Part shown: piece after piece, positions 16,571 through 26,618 of the stretch
How the letters are laid out: each line of letters opens with the position of its first letter
Numbering within the stretch: position 1 is the stretch's first letter
Notes under the pieces: model-generated
Seen by the model: the letters and a program-made list of their open reading frames with translations, nothing else
The model's database searches: none
What the model was told of the DNA's origin: nothing
Program-made: the position numbers and the translations under genes
Source of the DNA: a virus
Taxonomy: Duplodnaviria > Caudoviricetes
Length of the DNA: 63,125 nt
IMG/VR virus record: IMGVR_UViG_3300006114_000002
Location: 1 to 63,125 of that record
Direction: 5' to 3' (one strand)

Positions 16571-17704
16571 ATGACAGCACACGCCCTCCTATCCGCATCG
16601 TCATCCAAGAGGTGGCTGACTTGTACACCGGCACCAAGACTGGAGGCGACACTACCGGAGCAGAAGCGAGCACCGGGCCAGAAAGATTTCTCCGCCGAGG
16701 GCACCATGGCCCACACGCTCGCAGAGGCCAAGCTGAGGCTCTACTACGATCAGATAAAACCCCCCGAGTTTGAAAAGATCTACGATGAAGTTCGTTCATC
16801 TGAGTACTACTCCTGCGAATTTGAGGAATATGTAGACAACTACGTCGTATACGTCCGGAGCCAGATCGGTGAGGGTGACCGCCCGCTATTTGAGCAGCGT
16901 GTCGACTACAGCGACTTTGCCCCAGACGGGTTTGGTACGGCGGACGTCGTCATACTATCCAGGTACAAAATTAGAGTGATCGATCTAAAATTTGGCATAG
17001 GGATACCCGTGAGTGCCAAGGATAATCCTCAGCTGCGGCTATACGCACTCGGGGCATACTGCAAGTTTAGGGAGGAGTTCCCGGAGGTCAAAGAGGCCGA
17101 GTACACAATCGTACAGCCACGCCTGGAGAGCATCACCACAGACTCCACGACGATAGAGAAACTACTCGACTGGGGCAACTACTTCGTACGCCCAAAGGCC
17201 AAGCGTGCCTGGGTCGGTACCGGCGAGTTTGTACCCAGTGAGGAGGGGTGCCAATTCTGTCGTGCAAAAGCAACATGCCGTGCACGTGCCGACTACGTCA
17301 ATGAGCTCGCAAAATTGGAGTTCAGGCCGGCACCATTGTTGGATGACAATGAGCTCGATACGGTCCTGGCACGTGCCTCTACGCTCGTGACGTGGGCCAA
17401 AGACGTACAGGAGTATGCGACACGGCGAGCCATCGAGGATGGCGTCGTGCCTAGAGGCTATAAACTTGGCAAGACAAAGCCACACCGCAAAATTGCCGAT
17501 AGCGCACTGGCTGCTCAATTATTGCTAGAGAACGGTTTCAGCCGGGACGTGATATATGATAAGCCGAGCCTGAAGTCTGTCGCACAGTTGGAAAAACTTG
17601 GCAGCAGCAAGACTCAAATATCTGCTATACTGGGTGATCTTATTATTCGACCAGAGGGTGAGCCCAAACTGGTTATCGACAACTCTCTGGAGGAGTTCAA
17701 ATGA
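16571..17704 (+). CDS. DUF2800 Cas4-like PD-(D/E)xK exonuclease
   Basis: HALLSASSSKRWLTC, EGT.AH, FGTAD, IDLKFG, QLRLYALG, CQFCRAK..C. Confidence 0.9.
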   Translation: MTAHALLSASSSKRWLTCTPAPRLEATLPEQKRAPGQKDFSAEGTMAHTLAEAKLRLYYDQIKPPEFEKIYDEVRSSEYYSCEFEEYVDNYVVYVRSQIGEGDRPLFEQRVDYSDFAPDGFGTADVVILSRYKIRVIDLKFGIGIPVSAKDNPQLRLYALGAYCKFREEFPEVKEAEYTIVQPRLESITTDSTTIEKLLDWGNYFVRPKAKRAWVGTGEFVPSEEGCQFCRAKATCRARADYVNELAKLEFRPAPLLDDNELDTVLARASTLVTWAKDVQEYATRRAIEDGVVPRGYKLGKTKPHRKIADSALAAQLLLENGFSRDVIYDKPSLKSVAQLEKLGSSKTQISAILGDLIIRPEGEPKLVIDNSLEEFK

Positions 17705-17844
17705 GTTCATGGCTTGTTGGACTAATGGGTCTGGTATACTTGGCCGTCGCAGTAGAGCAGTTTATGAAGGGCGGCTATGGCCAGGGCATTATGTTTACCG
17801 GTTACGCAATCGGCAACGCAGGAATTTTACTTGTGGTAAAATAA
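17701..17844 (+). CDS. Small two-TM membrane protein (47 aa, below ORF-track cutoff)
   Basis: GGAGGAG RBS, ATGA overlap; MSSWLVGLMGLVYLAVAVEQF... Confidence 0.6.
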   Translation: MSSWLVGLMGLVYLAVAVEQFMKGGYGQGIMFTGYAIGNAGILLVVK

Positions 17845-17851
17845 GTTTTTA

Positions 17852-17887
17852 CGGGTAGACGATACGGCCCCGACTGAAGTCCGTATC
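17852..17887 (+). promoter_or_regulatory. H-type pseudoknot in SSB mRNA leader
   Basis: CGGG(17852-55)/CCCG(17869-72) crossed with GATACGG(17861-67)/CCGTATC(17881-87); extended -10 TGTGGTAAAAT just upstream. Confidence 0.55.
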
Positions 17888-17909
17888 ACAACGTCAAAAA
17901 GGTAGTCTT

Positions 17910-18428
17910 ATGTCAACAGCAAATAAAGTGAAGGTCGTTACAGGCAAAGTACGTTTCTCATACGCAAACGTATTCACACCCAAGGCATCCGTCGAGGGCG
18001 GCCCACTCAAGTACTCCGTATCACTCATTATCCCCAAGTCCGATACCGAGACAGTCAGCAAGCTCAAGAAGGCGTTTGAGGACTGCAAGGCAGGCTCTGC
18101 AGGTTATTTTGGTGGTGCTATCCCCAAGCTCCTGAAGGGTGGCCTACGTGACGGAGATGAGGAGAAGGATGATCCGGCTTACGCCAACAGCTACTTCATC
18201 AACGCCAACAGCTCCAACAAGCCAGGCATTGTCGATGCTGATACTCAGACCATCATCGACCCGAGCGAGTTTTACTCGGGCTGCTACGGTCGTGCATCCG
18301 TCACGTTTTACCCCTACAACGCACAGGGCTCAAAAGGCATTGCGTGCGGATTGAACAACCTCCAGAAACTGGAGGATGGTGAGCCACTCGGTGGCGTCTC
18401 TAACGCTGCGGCAGACTTCGCAGTGTAG
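17910..18428 (+). CDS. DUF2815 single-stranded DNA-binding protein
   Basis: VRFSYANVF, KYSVSLIIPK, LRDGD, FYSGCYGRAS, GIACGLNN.QKL.DGEPLGG, DF C-terminus. Confidence 0.92.
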   Translation: MSTANKVKVVTGKVRFSYANVFTPKASVEGGPLKYSVSLIIPKSDTETVSKLKKAFEDCKAGSAGYFGGAIPKLLKGGLRDGDEEKDDPAYANSYFINANSSNKPGIVDADTQTIIDPSEFYSGCYGRASVTFYPYNAQGSKGIACGLNNLQKLEDGEPLGGVSNAAADFAV

Positions 18429-18436
18429 TAGTAAGT

Positions 18437-18510
18437 GCCCCATTAGTTAAACGGCATAATGCTAGATTTGTAATCTTGAGTTGGTGGTTCAATTCCATCA
18501 TGGGGCACCA
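18437..18510 (+). tRNA. tRNA-Thr (UGU)
   Basis: GCCCCAT/ATGGGGC acceptor stem, loop TT-TGT-AA, T-arm GGTGG-TTCAATT-CCATC, encoded CCA; one T.T mismatch in anticodon stem. Confidence 0.85.
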
Positions 18511-18518
18511 AAAAACCC

Positions 18519-18539
18519 AACCCGCTTCGGCGGGTTTTT
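18519..18539 (+). terminator. Terminator-like hairpin after tRNA
   Basis: AACCCGC-TTCG-GCGGGTT-TTT. Confidence 0.75.
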
Positions 18540-18567
18540 CATCAACAATACAATAACCACACTGGCC

Positions 18568-20358
18568 ATGACAGAAACATATCTCGGCATAGAAATCAAC
18601 CTGGAACGTGACAAACTATTTGATGAGTTAGGCATCAAGCGATTGAGAGAGTCTTACATGCGAGAGGATGAGCCCTCGCCGCAGCACAGATTCGCATTTG
18701 TATCCAAGACATTCAGCAGCAACCCGGAGCATGCACAGAGGCTGTATGATTACGCAAGCAAGCACTGGCTCTCGTACTCGACACCGATCCTGTCCTTTGG
18801 CAGGTCAAAGAAGGGCATGCCCATATCTTGTTTTTTAAACTACATTGAAGACTCAGCGGAGGGGCTCGTTGAAAATTTATCCGAGACGAACTGGCTATCC
18901 ATGCTCGGGGGTGGTGTCGGTATTGGCTTTGGCATTCGATCCGCCGACGATAAGTCCACAGGAGTATTGCCACATCTTAAAATTTACGACTCTTCTTCCC
19001 TGGCATATCGTCAAGGAAAGACTAGACGAGGCTCGTATGCAGCCTACCTGGATATCAGCCACCCCGACATCATCCCTTTCATTGAGATGAGAAAACCCAC
19101 GGGGGATCAAAATCTACGCTGCCTGAATATGCACCACGGCATAAACATCAGCGACGAGTTTATGGGGATACTGGAGAGGTGCATGCTCGATCCAAACGCC
19201 TCCGATGATTTTGAGCTCAGGGATCCTCACTCTGGCGTCGTGCGTGATACGGTATCAGCCAAACACCTCTGGCAGCAGATACTGGAGCTGCGGATGCACA
19301 CCGGTGAGCCCTACATACACTTCATCGATACAAGCAACCGGCATCTGCCTGAGTGGCTCAAGGAGAAGGGCCTCAAAGTCCACCAGTCCAACCTGTGCTC
19401 CGAGATTATCCTCCCGACCAACGAGGAGAGGACGGCCGTCTGCTGCCTCTCCTCACTCAATCTGGAAAACTATGACGAGTGGAAGTCTGATAGTTTTTTC
19501 CTAAAAGACGTCGCAGAGATGCTCGACAACGTGCTGCAGTACTTCATCGACAACGCCCCGGATACGATATCCAGGGCCCGATTCTCGGCCGAGAGGGAGC
19601 GCAGTATTGGGGTTGGTGCCCTCGGGTTCCACGCATACCTGCAGCGCAATGGGATACCATTCGAGGGCGTCATGGCCAAGGTCGCAAACAGGAAGATTTT
19701 TAAACACGTGAGGGAGGGCCTGAATGCTGCGAACAAGATCCTGGGGACCGAGCGTGGCGAGGCGCCTGACGCTGTTGGTACTGGAAATCGTTTTAGTCAC
19801 GTTATGGCCATTGCTCCTAATGCGAGCTCTTCCATCATCATGGGTAATACTAGCCCTAGCATTGAACCTTACCGGGCTAATGCTTACCGTCAGGATACTC
19901 TATCGGGTGCTTACCTCAACAAGAACAAGTGGCTCGATCTGATTATCCGTGAGCGTACGAAGTCCGATGAGGAGTACAACGACGTCTGGTCATCGATCAT
20001 CGCCAACGATGGCTCCGCCCAACACTTGGATATGTTGACGGGTCTGGAGAAGGATGTATTTAAGACGTCGATGGAGATTGATCAGCGCTGGGTGATTGAC
20101 TTGGCGGCAGATCGCCAGGAGCATATAGACCAGAGCCAGTCCCTTAACCTATTCTTCAGGCCGGATGCGCACATCAAGTACATCCACGCAATCCACTTCA
20201 TGGCGTGGAAGAAGGGCATCAAGACGCTCTACTACTGCCGCTCTGAGAAGATAGGCAAGGCCGACAAGGTATCCAAACGAATTGAGCGTGAGGTGATCAA
20301 GGAGCTTGACATGGCTCAGATTGCTCAGGGCAACGATTGCATAGCGTGCGAGGGTTAA
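18568..20358 (+). CDS. nrdA: Ribonucleotide reductase class I alpha subunit (no ATP cone)
   Basis: ISCF, QSNLCSEI, AIAPNASSS, KTLYY, C-terminal CIACEG. Confidence 0.95.
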   Translation: MTETYLGIEINLERDKLFDELGIKRLRESYMREDEPSPQHRFAFVSKTFSSNPEHAQRLYDYASKHWLSYSTPILSFGRSKKGMPISCFLNYIEDSAEGLVENLSETNWLSMLGGGVGIGFGIRSADDKSTGVLPHLKIYDSSSLAYRQGKTRRGSYAAYLDISHPDIIPFIEMRKPTGDQNLRCLNMHHGINISDEFMGILERCMLDPNASDDFELRDPHSGVVRDTVSAKHLWQQILELRMHTGEPYIHFIDTSNRHLPEWLKEKGLKVHQSNLCSEIILPTNEERTAVCCLSSLNLENYDEWKSDSFFLKDVAEMLDNVLQYFIDNAPDTISRARFSAERERSIGVGALGFHAYLQRNGIPFEGVMAKVANRKIFKHVREGLNAANKILGTERGEAPDAVGTGNRFSHVMAIAPNASSSIIMGNTSPSIEPYRANAYRQDTLSGAYLNKNKWLDLIIRERTKSDEEYNDVWSSIIANDGSAQHLDMLTGLEKDVFKTSMEIDQRWVIDLAADRQEHIDQSQSLNLFFRPDAHIKYIHAIHFMAWKKGIKTLYYCRSEKIGKADKVSKRIEREVIKELDMAQIAQGNDCIACEG

Positions 20359-20359
20359 T

Positions 20360-21346
20360 ATGATTAAGAAAGTAAAACTGAATTTGACGGACGAGCGTAG
20401 CTACTTTAAGCCATTCACCTACCCCTGGATGTATGAGGCGTGGCTCAAGCACGAGCAGTCCTCCTGGCTGCATACGGAGGTCCCCATGATGGAGGACGTA
20501 CAGGACTGGAAGAAACGTCTCAGCAAGGAGGAGAAGCAGTTCCTGACGCAGATCTTCCGATTCTTTGTCCAGGGGGATATTGACGTCGCAGGGGGGTATG
20601 TTAAGAATTACCTGCCCTACTTCCCGCAGCCAGAGGCCCGCATGATGCTCCTAGGGTTTGCTGCACGTGAGGCTCTACACGTGGCGGCGTACTCACACCT
20701 GATCGAGACTCTCGGTCTGCCCGAGACGACATACAACGAGTTTCTCGAGTATGCGGAGATGAAGGAGAAGCACGAGTACGTCATGGATATCTCGGCCCAG
20801 AATACGACCAAGGAGAATACTGCGACGCATATTGCGGTATTCTCAGCATTCACGGAGGGCATGCAGCTATTCTCCTCATTCATCATGCTGCTCAATTTCC
20901 CCAGGCACGGGAAGATGAAGGGTATGGGGCAACTGATCACTTGGTCGATTGTGGACGAGACGCAGCACGCTGAGTCCATGATCAAGCTATTCAGGACCTA
21001 CATCGAGGAGAATCGTGAGATCTGGAACGATGAGCTCAAGGGCCGCATCTATACCATCGCCGATAAGATGGTCCAGTTAGAGGACAAGTTTATCGATCTG
21101 GCGTTCCGTATGGGTGACATGGAGGACTTGACGCCGGAGGATGTAAAGAAGTACATCCGCTACGTGGCTGACCGTAGACTGATATCCCTCGGACTTAAGG
21201 GCATATTCAAGGTCAAGAGAAACCCACTACCCTGGGTTGAGGAGATGATCAACGCCCCGACCCACACGAATTTCTTTGAGAATCGTGCCACGGACTACGC
21301 CAAGGGGGCACTATCCGGGAGTTGGGGGGATGTCTGGGCGGCATAG
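20360..21346 (+). CDS. nrdB: Ribonucleotide reductase class I beta subunit
   Basis: REALHVAAYS, TEGMQLFSSF, VDETQH, NFFENRATDY. Confidence 0.95.
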   Translation: MIKKVKLNLTDERSYFKPFTYPWMYEAWLKHEQSSWLHTEVPMMEDVQDWKKRLSKEEKQFLTQIFRFFVQGDIDVAGGYVKNYLPYFPQPEARMMLLGFAAREALHVAAYSHLIETLGLPETTYNEFLEYAEMKEKHEYVMDISAQNTTKENTATHIAVFSAFTEGMQLFSSFIMLLNFPRHGKMKGMGQLITWSIVDETQHAESMIKLFRTYIEENREIWNDELKGRIYTIADKMVQLEDKFIDLAFRMGDMEDLTPEDVKKYIRYVADRRLISLGLKGIFKVKRNPLPWVEEMINAPTHTNFFENRATDYAKGALSGSWGDVWAA

Positions 21347-21390
21347 TGTGGTAGAATGATATTTTTGTGTTGTGTGGTGTAGTACTTTTC

Positions 21391-21417
21391 GGGGAGCCCA
21401 GTGCTCCCCACTTTTTT
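21391..21417 (+). terminator. Rho-independent terminator
   Basis: GGGGAGC-CCAGT-GCTCCCC plus T run. Confidence 0.75.
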
Positions 21418-21473
21418 CGACTTTTTGATATAATTACATTTTCTGATTAGTCAGACAGCCTTAGGAGCATTAG

Positions 21474-23375
21474 ATGAAAGTAAGCATAGACTTTGAGACA
21501 CGCAGTCAGTTAGACCTCCCAACCGTCGGACTAGATAACTACGCCCGTCACCCATCCACGGAAGTGATCTGCATGGCCTACTGTTTAGGCGATGAGGATA
21601 GGGTAAGACTATGGACACCCCTCACGAGACTACCCCACTTCATGATGGATCCAGATACTGTATTCCAGGCCTGGAACGCATCATTCGAGCGCAACATCCT
21701 ATACCACGTCCTTGGCGTGCGAGTAAAAAACAAACAGTTTGTCGATACGATGGCGATGGCAGCCGCCTGCAACGTCCCCCAGAGCCTTGAGGAGGCGGCC
21801 ATATTTTTGGGCGTCTCGCAGCAGAAGGATCCGATCGGCAAGCGACTCATCAACAAGCTATCCAAGCCCCAGAAGGATGGGACATTCAACCAGGATCCCG
21901 AGCTCCTGTCGCAGATGTATGACTACTGCCGCCAGGATGTCAGGACAGAGATGGCGGTCGCCAGTAAGTTACGCAACCTTACTCCCAGTGAGCGATTCAT
22001 CTGGACACTGACTCAGAGGATAAACAATCGTGGCATACCGATCGCTGTCGATGAGTGTATGCGTGTAATCTCCTCAGTCGATAGGATCAAGTCCGAGATT
22101 GACGAGGAGATACGCCAGATCACTGGAGGCATCGGTGCCAGTCAGCCAAGCAAATTACTGGCGTGGCTCAGGGATAACCACGGTATCGATATGCCCGACA
22201 TGACATCCGAGTCGGTATCAAAAATGCTGCAGTGCAATATAAATGATACCGTCCGCAGGGTCCTCGAGCTGAGGGAGCACGGATCCTCGACATCGGTAGC
22301 CAAGTACGAGAAAATGCTCGAGATACAGAACGGTGGCAGGATCAGGAACCTACTCGTCTACCATGGAGCCTCTACCGGTAGGTGGGCATCCAGGGGCGGA
22401 TTGAACGTCCAGAACCTGCCAAGGCCACAAATCAAAGATGAGGCCATTCCTGAGGCCATAGAGCGCATTTTGGTACGGGGTGAGGGTGGTAGTATACCCG
22501 AGCTCTCCAGCCTCGTCAGGAGCGTTTTAAAGGCCCCTGAGGGGTATACATTCATCGATGCCGACTTCAGCTCGATCGAGAACCGTGTAGGGGTCTGGAT
22601 ACCCAACCAGAAGACCAAGCTCGAGATGTTTAGGCAGGGACTGGATGAGTACAAGGTATTTGCATCCGAGTCGCTCTACAACCTGCCCTACGATGAGGTC
22701 ACGAAAGACATGCGTCAGGTCAGTAAGTCTGCCGTACTGGGTTGCCTATTCGGTCAGGGTGCCAAGGGCCTCGTCGCCTACGCAGAGGGCATGGGCGTCA
22801 AGATGGATATGGGGCAGGCGGAGATCGCCGTCAAAAAGTATCGTGAGAGCTACTTCAAGGTCAAGAGCTGCTGGTACGAGATGGAGCAGCTCGCCATTCA
22901 GGCGATACAGAACCCGGGGCAGCCCTTTGGTCTAGAGAACGGCAGGATCGTATTCAAGAAATTTAACAACGCACTATGGATGCGGCTACCCAGTACTCGA
23001 CTGATATGTTGGCAGTCTCCATGCGTGGGGCCGCAATTAACTCCCTGGGGGAGTGAAAAGCTCGGCATCACGGTGCGTAGCCAGAATACTTTTACCCGCA
23101 AATGGGGGAGAAACAACCTGATTGGCTCCAGTATATTCCAGAGCGCCGTACAGGGAACTGCCCGTGATCTGTTGGCCTTTGCCATGACTAACCTTGACAA
23201 GGCGGGTTACAGTATAGTAGGTGCCTTCCATGATGAAATCCTCCTGTTGGACAAGGAGCAGGATGCTGAGATCAAGCTCAGTGCCATGATTGACATAATG
23301 ACCACCCAACCCGAGTGGGCTCAGGATATTCCTCTAGCCGCAGAGGGTTGGGTCGGCACTCGTTTCAGGAAGTAG
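21474..23375 (+). CDS. polA: Family A DNA polymerase with 3'-5' exonuclease
   Basis: IDFET, NASFE, YCRQDV, TGRWAS, DADFSSIENR, RQVSKSAVLGCLFG, FHDEI. Confidence 0.93.
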   Translation: MKVSIDFETRSQLDLPTVGLDNYARHPSTEVICMAYCLGDEDRVRLWTPLTRLPHFMMDPDTVFQAWNASFERNILYHVLGVRVKNKQFVDTMAMAAACNVPQSLEEAAIFLGVSQQKDPIGKRLINKLSKPQKDGTFNQDPELLSQMYDYCRQDVRTEMAVASKLRNLTPSERFIWTLTQRINNRGIPIAVDECMRVISSVDRIKSEIDEEIRQITGGIGASQPSKLLAWLRDNHGIDMPDMTSESVSKMLQCNINDTVRRVLELREHGSSTSVAKYEKMLEIQNGGRIRNLLVYHGASTGRWASRGGLNVQNLPRPQIKDEAIPEAIERILVRGEGGSIPELSSLVRSVLKAPEGYTFIDADFSSIENRVGVWIPNQKTKLEMFRQGLDEYKVFASESLYNLPYDEVTKDMRQVSKSAVLGCLFGQGAKGLVAYAEGMGVKMDMGQAEIAVKKYRESYFKVKSCWYEMEQLAIQAIQNPGQPFGLENGRIVFKKFNNALWMRLPSTRLICWQSPCVGPQLTPWGSEKLGITVRSQNTFTRKWGRNNLIGSSIFQSAVQGTARDLLAFAMTNLDKAGYSIVGAFHDEILLLDKEQDAEIKLSAMIDIMTTQPEWAQDIPLAAEGWVGTRFRK

Positions 23376-26300
23376 TTAGCATTTCCACTTGCGCAGGGAC
23401 TTGTTTATTCGTGAGTCTGGATCGTTCGCCGTCTCGGATGAGGTCAGTTTTTTCTTCATGCCCTCCATCCTTGCGCAGAACGAGTCCCTGCGTGACCCAC
23501 CCTCAGGCTGGGGTGCCTTGAGGTGTCCGCCAGTCTCACGGTTGTATGATGCACGCCCGGCGGCGTTCAGTCCACCCTCCGGGTTTTTGCCCTCAGATCT
23601 TTGCCACGCCGGTGTCGTATGTCCGCCGCCTGCAAAAGCATCAATCAATCCACCCATAGCTCGGCCCTCGATGCGAGGCAAGTCTGCGACACCGGCAGCA
23701 TCGTTGATAGCTTTAACTTCGTCATCAGATAAGACACGATTGACTTTCATGTTGCCGCCAATCAGCCACTCACCAGTCATGTTTGGGTTGGTCTTGTAGC
23801 GGTAGTGGCCACCAAGGGGGACCTGGTCAGTAATGTGGGCCGTGCGTGGGATAATATCTCCCGCTTTATTGCGCTGCGCACGCTCCATGGCGACCTTCTG
23901 CCAGTCAACATCGGCAGGCATTTCAACCTCGGCCCAGACCTGATTGCCGGGGCGATAGTCCGGAGCCTTTAATCCAGGCTCAGACTTACCACCTATGTGG
24001 GTAGCAATCGGGAGATCACCGGCGTGCCAACCTGGACGGTACGCAAGGGGCCCAAGTTTTGACTTGACCTTGTCGCCCACCATCTCACCCGCACGAGCCT
24101 CTAGCCACTCCCCTGGTCTTACAGACTCATTTGCGTTAACAAACAACGGAAACAACTCGTCAGGCCTATTCGGGTTTGTCCGGAACAGTTTGTAGGCCTT
24201 GACCGTATTAGCAAATTCTTGTGCGGCTTTTTTTACCACATCCCCACCGCCTGCGTAGCCCTCCGGATTTGAATCTGACTCGGGCACCATCTGGCTACCC
24301 GCCCCACCGAGCGCACCGAGGCCGGTGATGCTGTACATAGGACGATCACCTCGAATGAAGCCCTTCAGGACCTCCTCCTGCGGCTGACCAGTGATCTTGC
24401 TCGTCCTTGCGAGCATCTCATTGATCTCCTGCATCATCGGCTTGCCGGGGTAATCCTTGGCACCCGCCCAGGCAATATCCTGAAAGTTTGCGGGCTGCAC
24501 GTTGTACTCTTTTGCCAGATTGGCTAAGGCTTTCTCGTATATGCCGTATGCGTTGCCTGGGGGAGCCATCATCTTTGGATCCCACAACTGACTCATCTGC
24601 TCATCAAGAGTAGAACGGTCACGGTTGCCTAAAAAGTTTGCAGAGAAGTTGTATCGTTTTGGGTTTGATACGTGTGATATACCACCCTGCTCGGCCACCT
24701 TGTTAGCCTGCTCCATGTTGCCACTGACAAACCTTCCACCGATAGGGAACGGCAACTCTGATGCAGTTGTAGGTATCGGCTTGCCTGCCTGCTTTTGGAA
24801 GTTTGTATACGCCGCCATCATCAGGTTAGAGTTTGGATCCGCCCCGCCTGTTGTCGCCGCCATTGCATCTGCGAATCGATTCTTAAATTGTCTTGCACCC
24901 TCCTCAGGACCAAGCTCATCGATGAATGCCTTCTCAAGCTGACCCATGGCGTACCAGTCTTTTGCGAGTGGGCGATCTTTTGCCTTCTCAAATGCGCCAC
25001 GCAATCTGGCCAAACTCTCTGGGGCATTAGCGAGAGCCTCATACTTTTCAACCGTTTCAGCTTTTTTTGGTACAACGTCAGTAATTGTATCCCCCGTCAA
25101 TTTATAACGAGACGGGTCCGCATAAAAGCGATCTGCGATATTAAAGTGCGGAGTGTAGTTGCCTGCGTTAATTTCTGACTGGGCGGCCTTCCTAGCCTTT
25201 TGTACAGCCAGGGCCTCTGGGCTTAATTGTTTCTGAAAAAATTCTTTCCCGGTTTTTGGGTCGACTGTCAAGACTGGTTTAGCGATGTCAGGATAATTTA
25301 AACCGATCTTATTAGGATCGTACCCGAACTTTTTGGCAAACGATACCAGACCGGGTGACTCACGTCCAATCATTTGCTCGACGACTTTCCTGCCGCCTGC
25401 GTAGCCGTCTACGTGTGCCGTCTTGGCTGACTCCTCAAATGCGTGCGCAGTCGGCGCACCCGGCGAGCCCGGCCTGCGCATGTGCTCACCAGACCCGTGA
25501 GCGATACGCTCTTGTTTAGCGTGAATGTTTTCGTATAGACCACCGCCTGCGGCGTAGCCGTCTATGTGGCCACCATCTGCACGGCCCTGAAAAAGATCTA
25601 TATTGCGATTGACTAATGGCGCACCGACAGCGATAAATGGTGCGGCAGCCTTTAATTTACGTGGCAGAAAATTCATTTTTGGAACAGCGGAGGCTGCCAA
25701 TCCGGCACCACTGATTGCTGCCTGAGTTGTGTTACCGGACTCTAGTTGGTTAGCTAAGTCTGTGGCGTTGTATGCTCCAGTGCCCAATGCAAAAGGTAAA
25801 GATTTTCCTATTTTTGCTGCGCTGCGAAAAAAAGGATCGTTAATACCTTCATTTTTAACAGTCATCAAACGCTGCGCACGGGCCCTGGCGAGTCTGTTAG
25901 TCTCTGGGTCAACATTTTGGCGAACCCAGTTTTGATGACTTGCTTCATTTTGAGTCTGCCAAGCCTCGTGTTTGGCTTGCCTCTCAGCCTTTATCCGATC
26001 GACCTCATCGGGGGCCATCATTAACATCTTGGGGTTGCCCTGAGCATCGTAATAATGTGAACCCGGTACAACTTTTTGAGGGTAATTCATGCGCTCCATT
26101 TCGTCGGCGTGACGCTGCAGGAGTGCCTCCTCGGCCATGGTGCCACCGCCCAGGAAACCTCTCAAATCCTGTCCAGTCATATTTGCGGCAGTGCCTTTGC
26201 CACCAGCCCAATTTTTTACGTTAGAGGCTCCGGGCAACTCATACGGAGAGCTTGCATTTATGTATGGAGAATTTGGTGCAAGACGTTCAGCCGCTCGTCT

Positions 26301-26618
26301 TGCAACTTCGCTTGGCGAGGCTGGAGCGGGCACGTTTGGAGTATTGGACGGAGGCTGGCCAATGTTCTGTATTGCATTTACTAACTGGCGACCCTTACCA
26401 ATCCCGGCACCAACAACACCAACACCGGCACCAGCGGCACCCATCAATCCCGCAGGCAGCTGTATAGAGTTCTGGATCTCTTGAGTCGACGGCATACCTG
26501 CACCGGGCGACATGCTGGCGGCGATCTCGTCGATCGTTTTGTGTTGCTCCTCCTCGGGCAGATTGTGAAAGCTGTCGTCTACCGTTACATCTCTGCCATT
26601 GATCGTTAACTTTGCCAT
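23376..26618 (-). CDS. Large multi-module (polyvalent) virion/ejection protein with AxGG-delimited modules
   Basis: Start MAKLTING by TAATG coupling; six AxGG junctions; C-terminal WQR.EGKNP.GGLN..GR..SFCARM..KSLRKWKC module. Confidence 0.75.
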   Translation of the reverse strand: MAKLTINGRDVTVDDSFHNLPEEEQHKTIDEIAASMSPGAGMPSTQEIQNSIQLPAGLMGAAGAGVGVVGAGIGKGRQLVNAIQNIGQPPSNTPNVPAPASPSEVARRAAERLAPNSPYINASSPYELPGASNVKNWAGGKGTAANMTGQDLRGFLGGGTMAEEALLQRHADEMERMNYPQKVVPGSHYYDAQGNPKMLMMAPDEVDRIKAERQAKHEAWQTQNEASHQNWVRQNVDPETNRLARARAQRLMTVKNEGINDPFFRSAAKIGKSLPFALGTGAYNATDLANQLESGNTTQAAISGAGLAASAVPKMNFLPRKLKAAAPFIAVGAPLVNRNIDLFQGRADGGHIDGYAAGGGLYENIHAKQERIAHGSGEHMRRPGSPGAPTAHAFEESAKTAHVDGYAGGRKVVEQMIGRESPGLVSFAKKFGYDPNKIGLNYPDIAKPVLTVDPKTGKEFFQKQLSPEALAVQKARKAAQSEINAGNYTPHFNIADRFYADPSRYKLTGDTITDVVPKKAETVEKYEALANAPESLARLRGAFEKAKDRPLAKDWYAMGQLEKAFIDELGPEEGARQFKNRFADAMAATTGGADPNSNLMMAAYTNFQKQAGKPIPTTASELPFPIGGRFVSGNMEQANKVAEQGGISHVSNPKRYNFSANFLGNRDRSTLDEQMSQLWDPKMMAPPGNAYGIYEKALANLAKEYNVQPANFQDIAWAGAKDYPGKPMMQEINEMLARTSKITGQPQEEVLKGFIRGDRPMYSITGLGALGGAGSQMVPESDSNPEGYAGGGDVVKKAAQEFANTVKAYKLFRTNPNRPDELFPLFVNANESVRPGEWLEARAGEMVGDKVKSKLGPLAYRPGWHAGDLPIATHIGGKSEPGLKAPDYRPGNQVWAEVEMPADVDWQKVAMERAQRNKAGDIIPRTAHITDQVPLGGHYRYKTNPNMTGEWLIGGNMKVNRVLSDDEVKAINDAAGVADLPRIEGRAMGGLIDAFAGGGHTTPAWQRSEGKNPEGGLNAAGRASYNRETGGHLKAPQPEGGSRRDSFCARMEGMKKKLTSSETANDPDSRINKSLRKWKC

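Noticed and set aside
18481-18567. N-terminal extension of NrdA in the ORF track
   Set aside because: Overlaps the tRNA and terminator; ATG 18568 is the likely start
22224-22240. PhaR-like TGCTGCAGTGCAATA inside polA
   Set aside because: Single intragenic hit, could be chance
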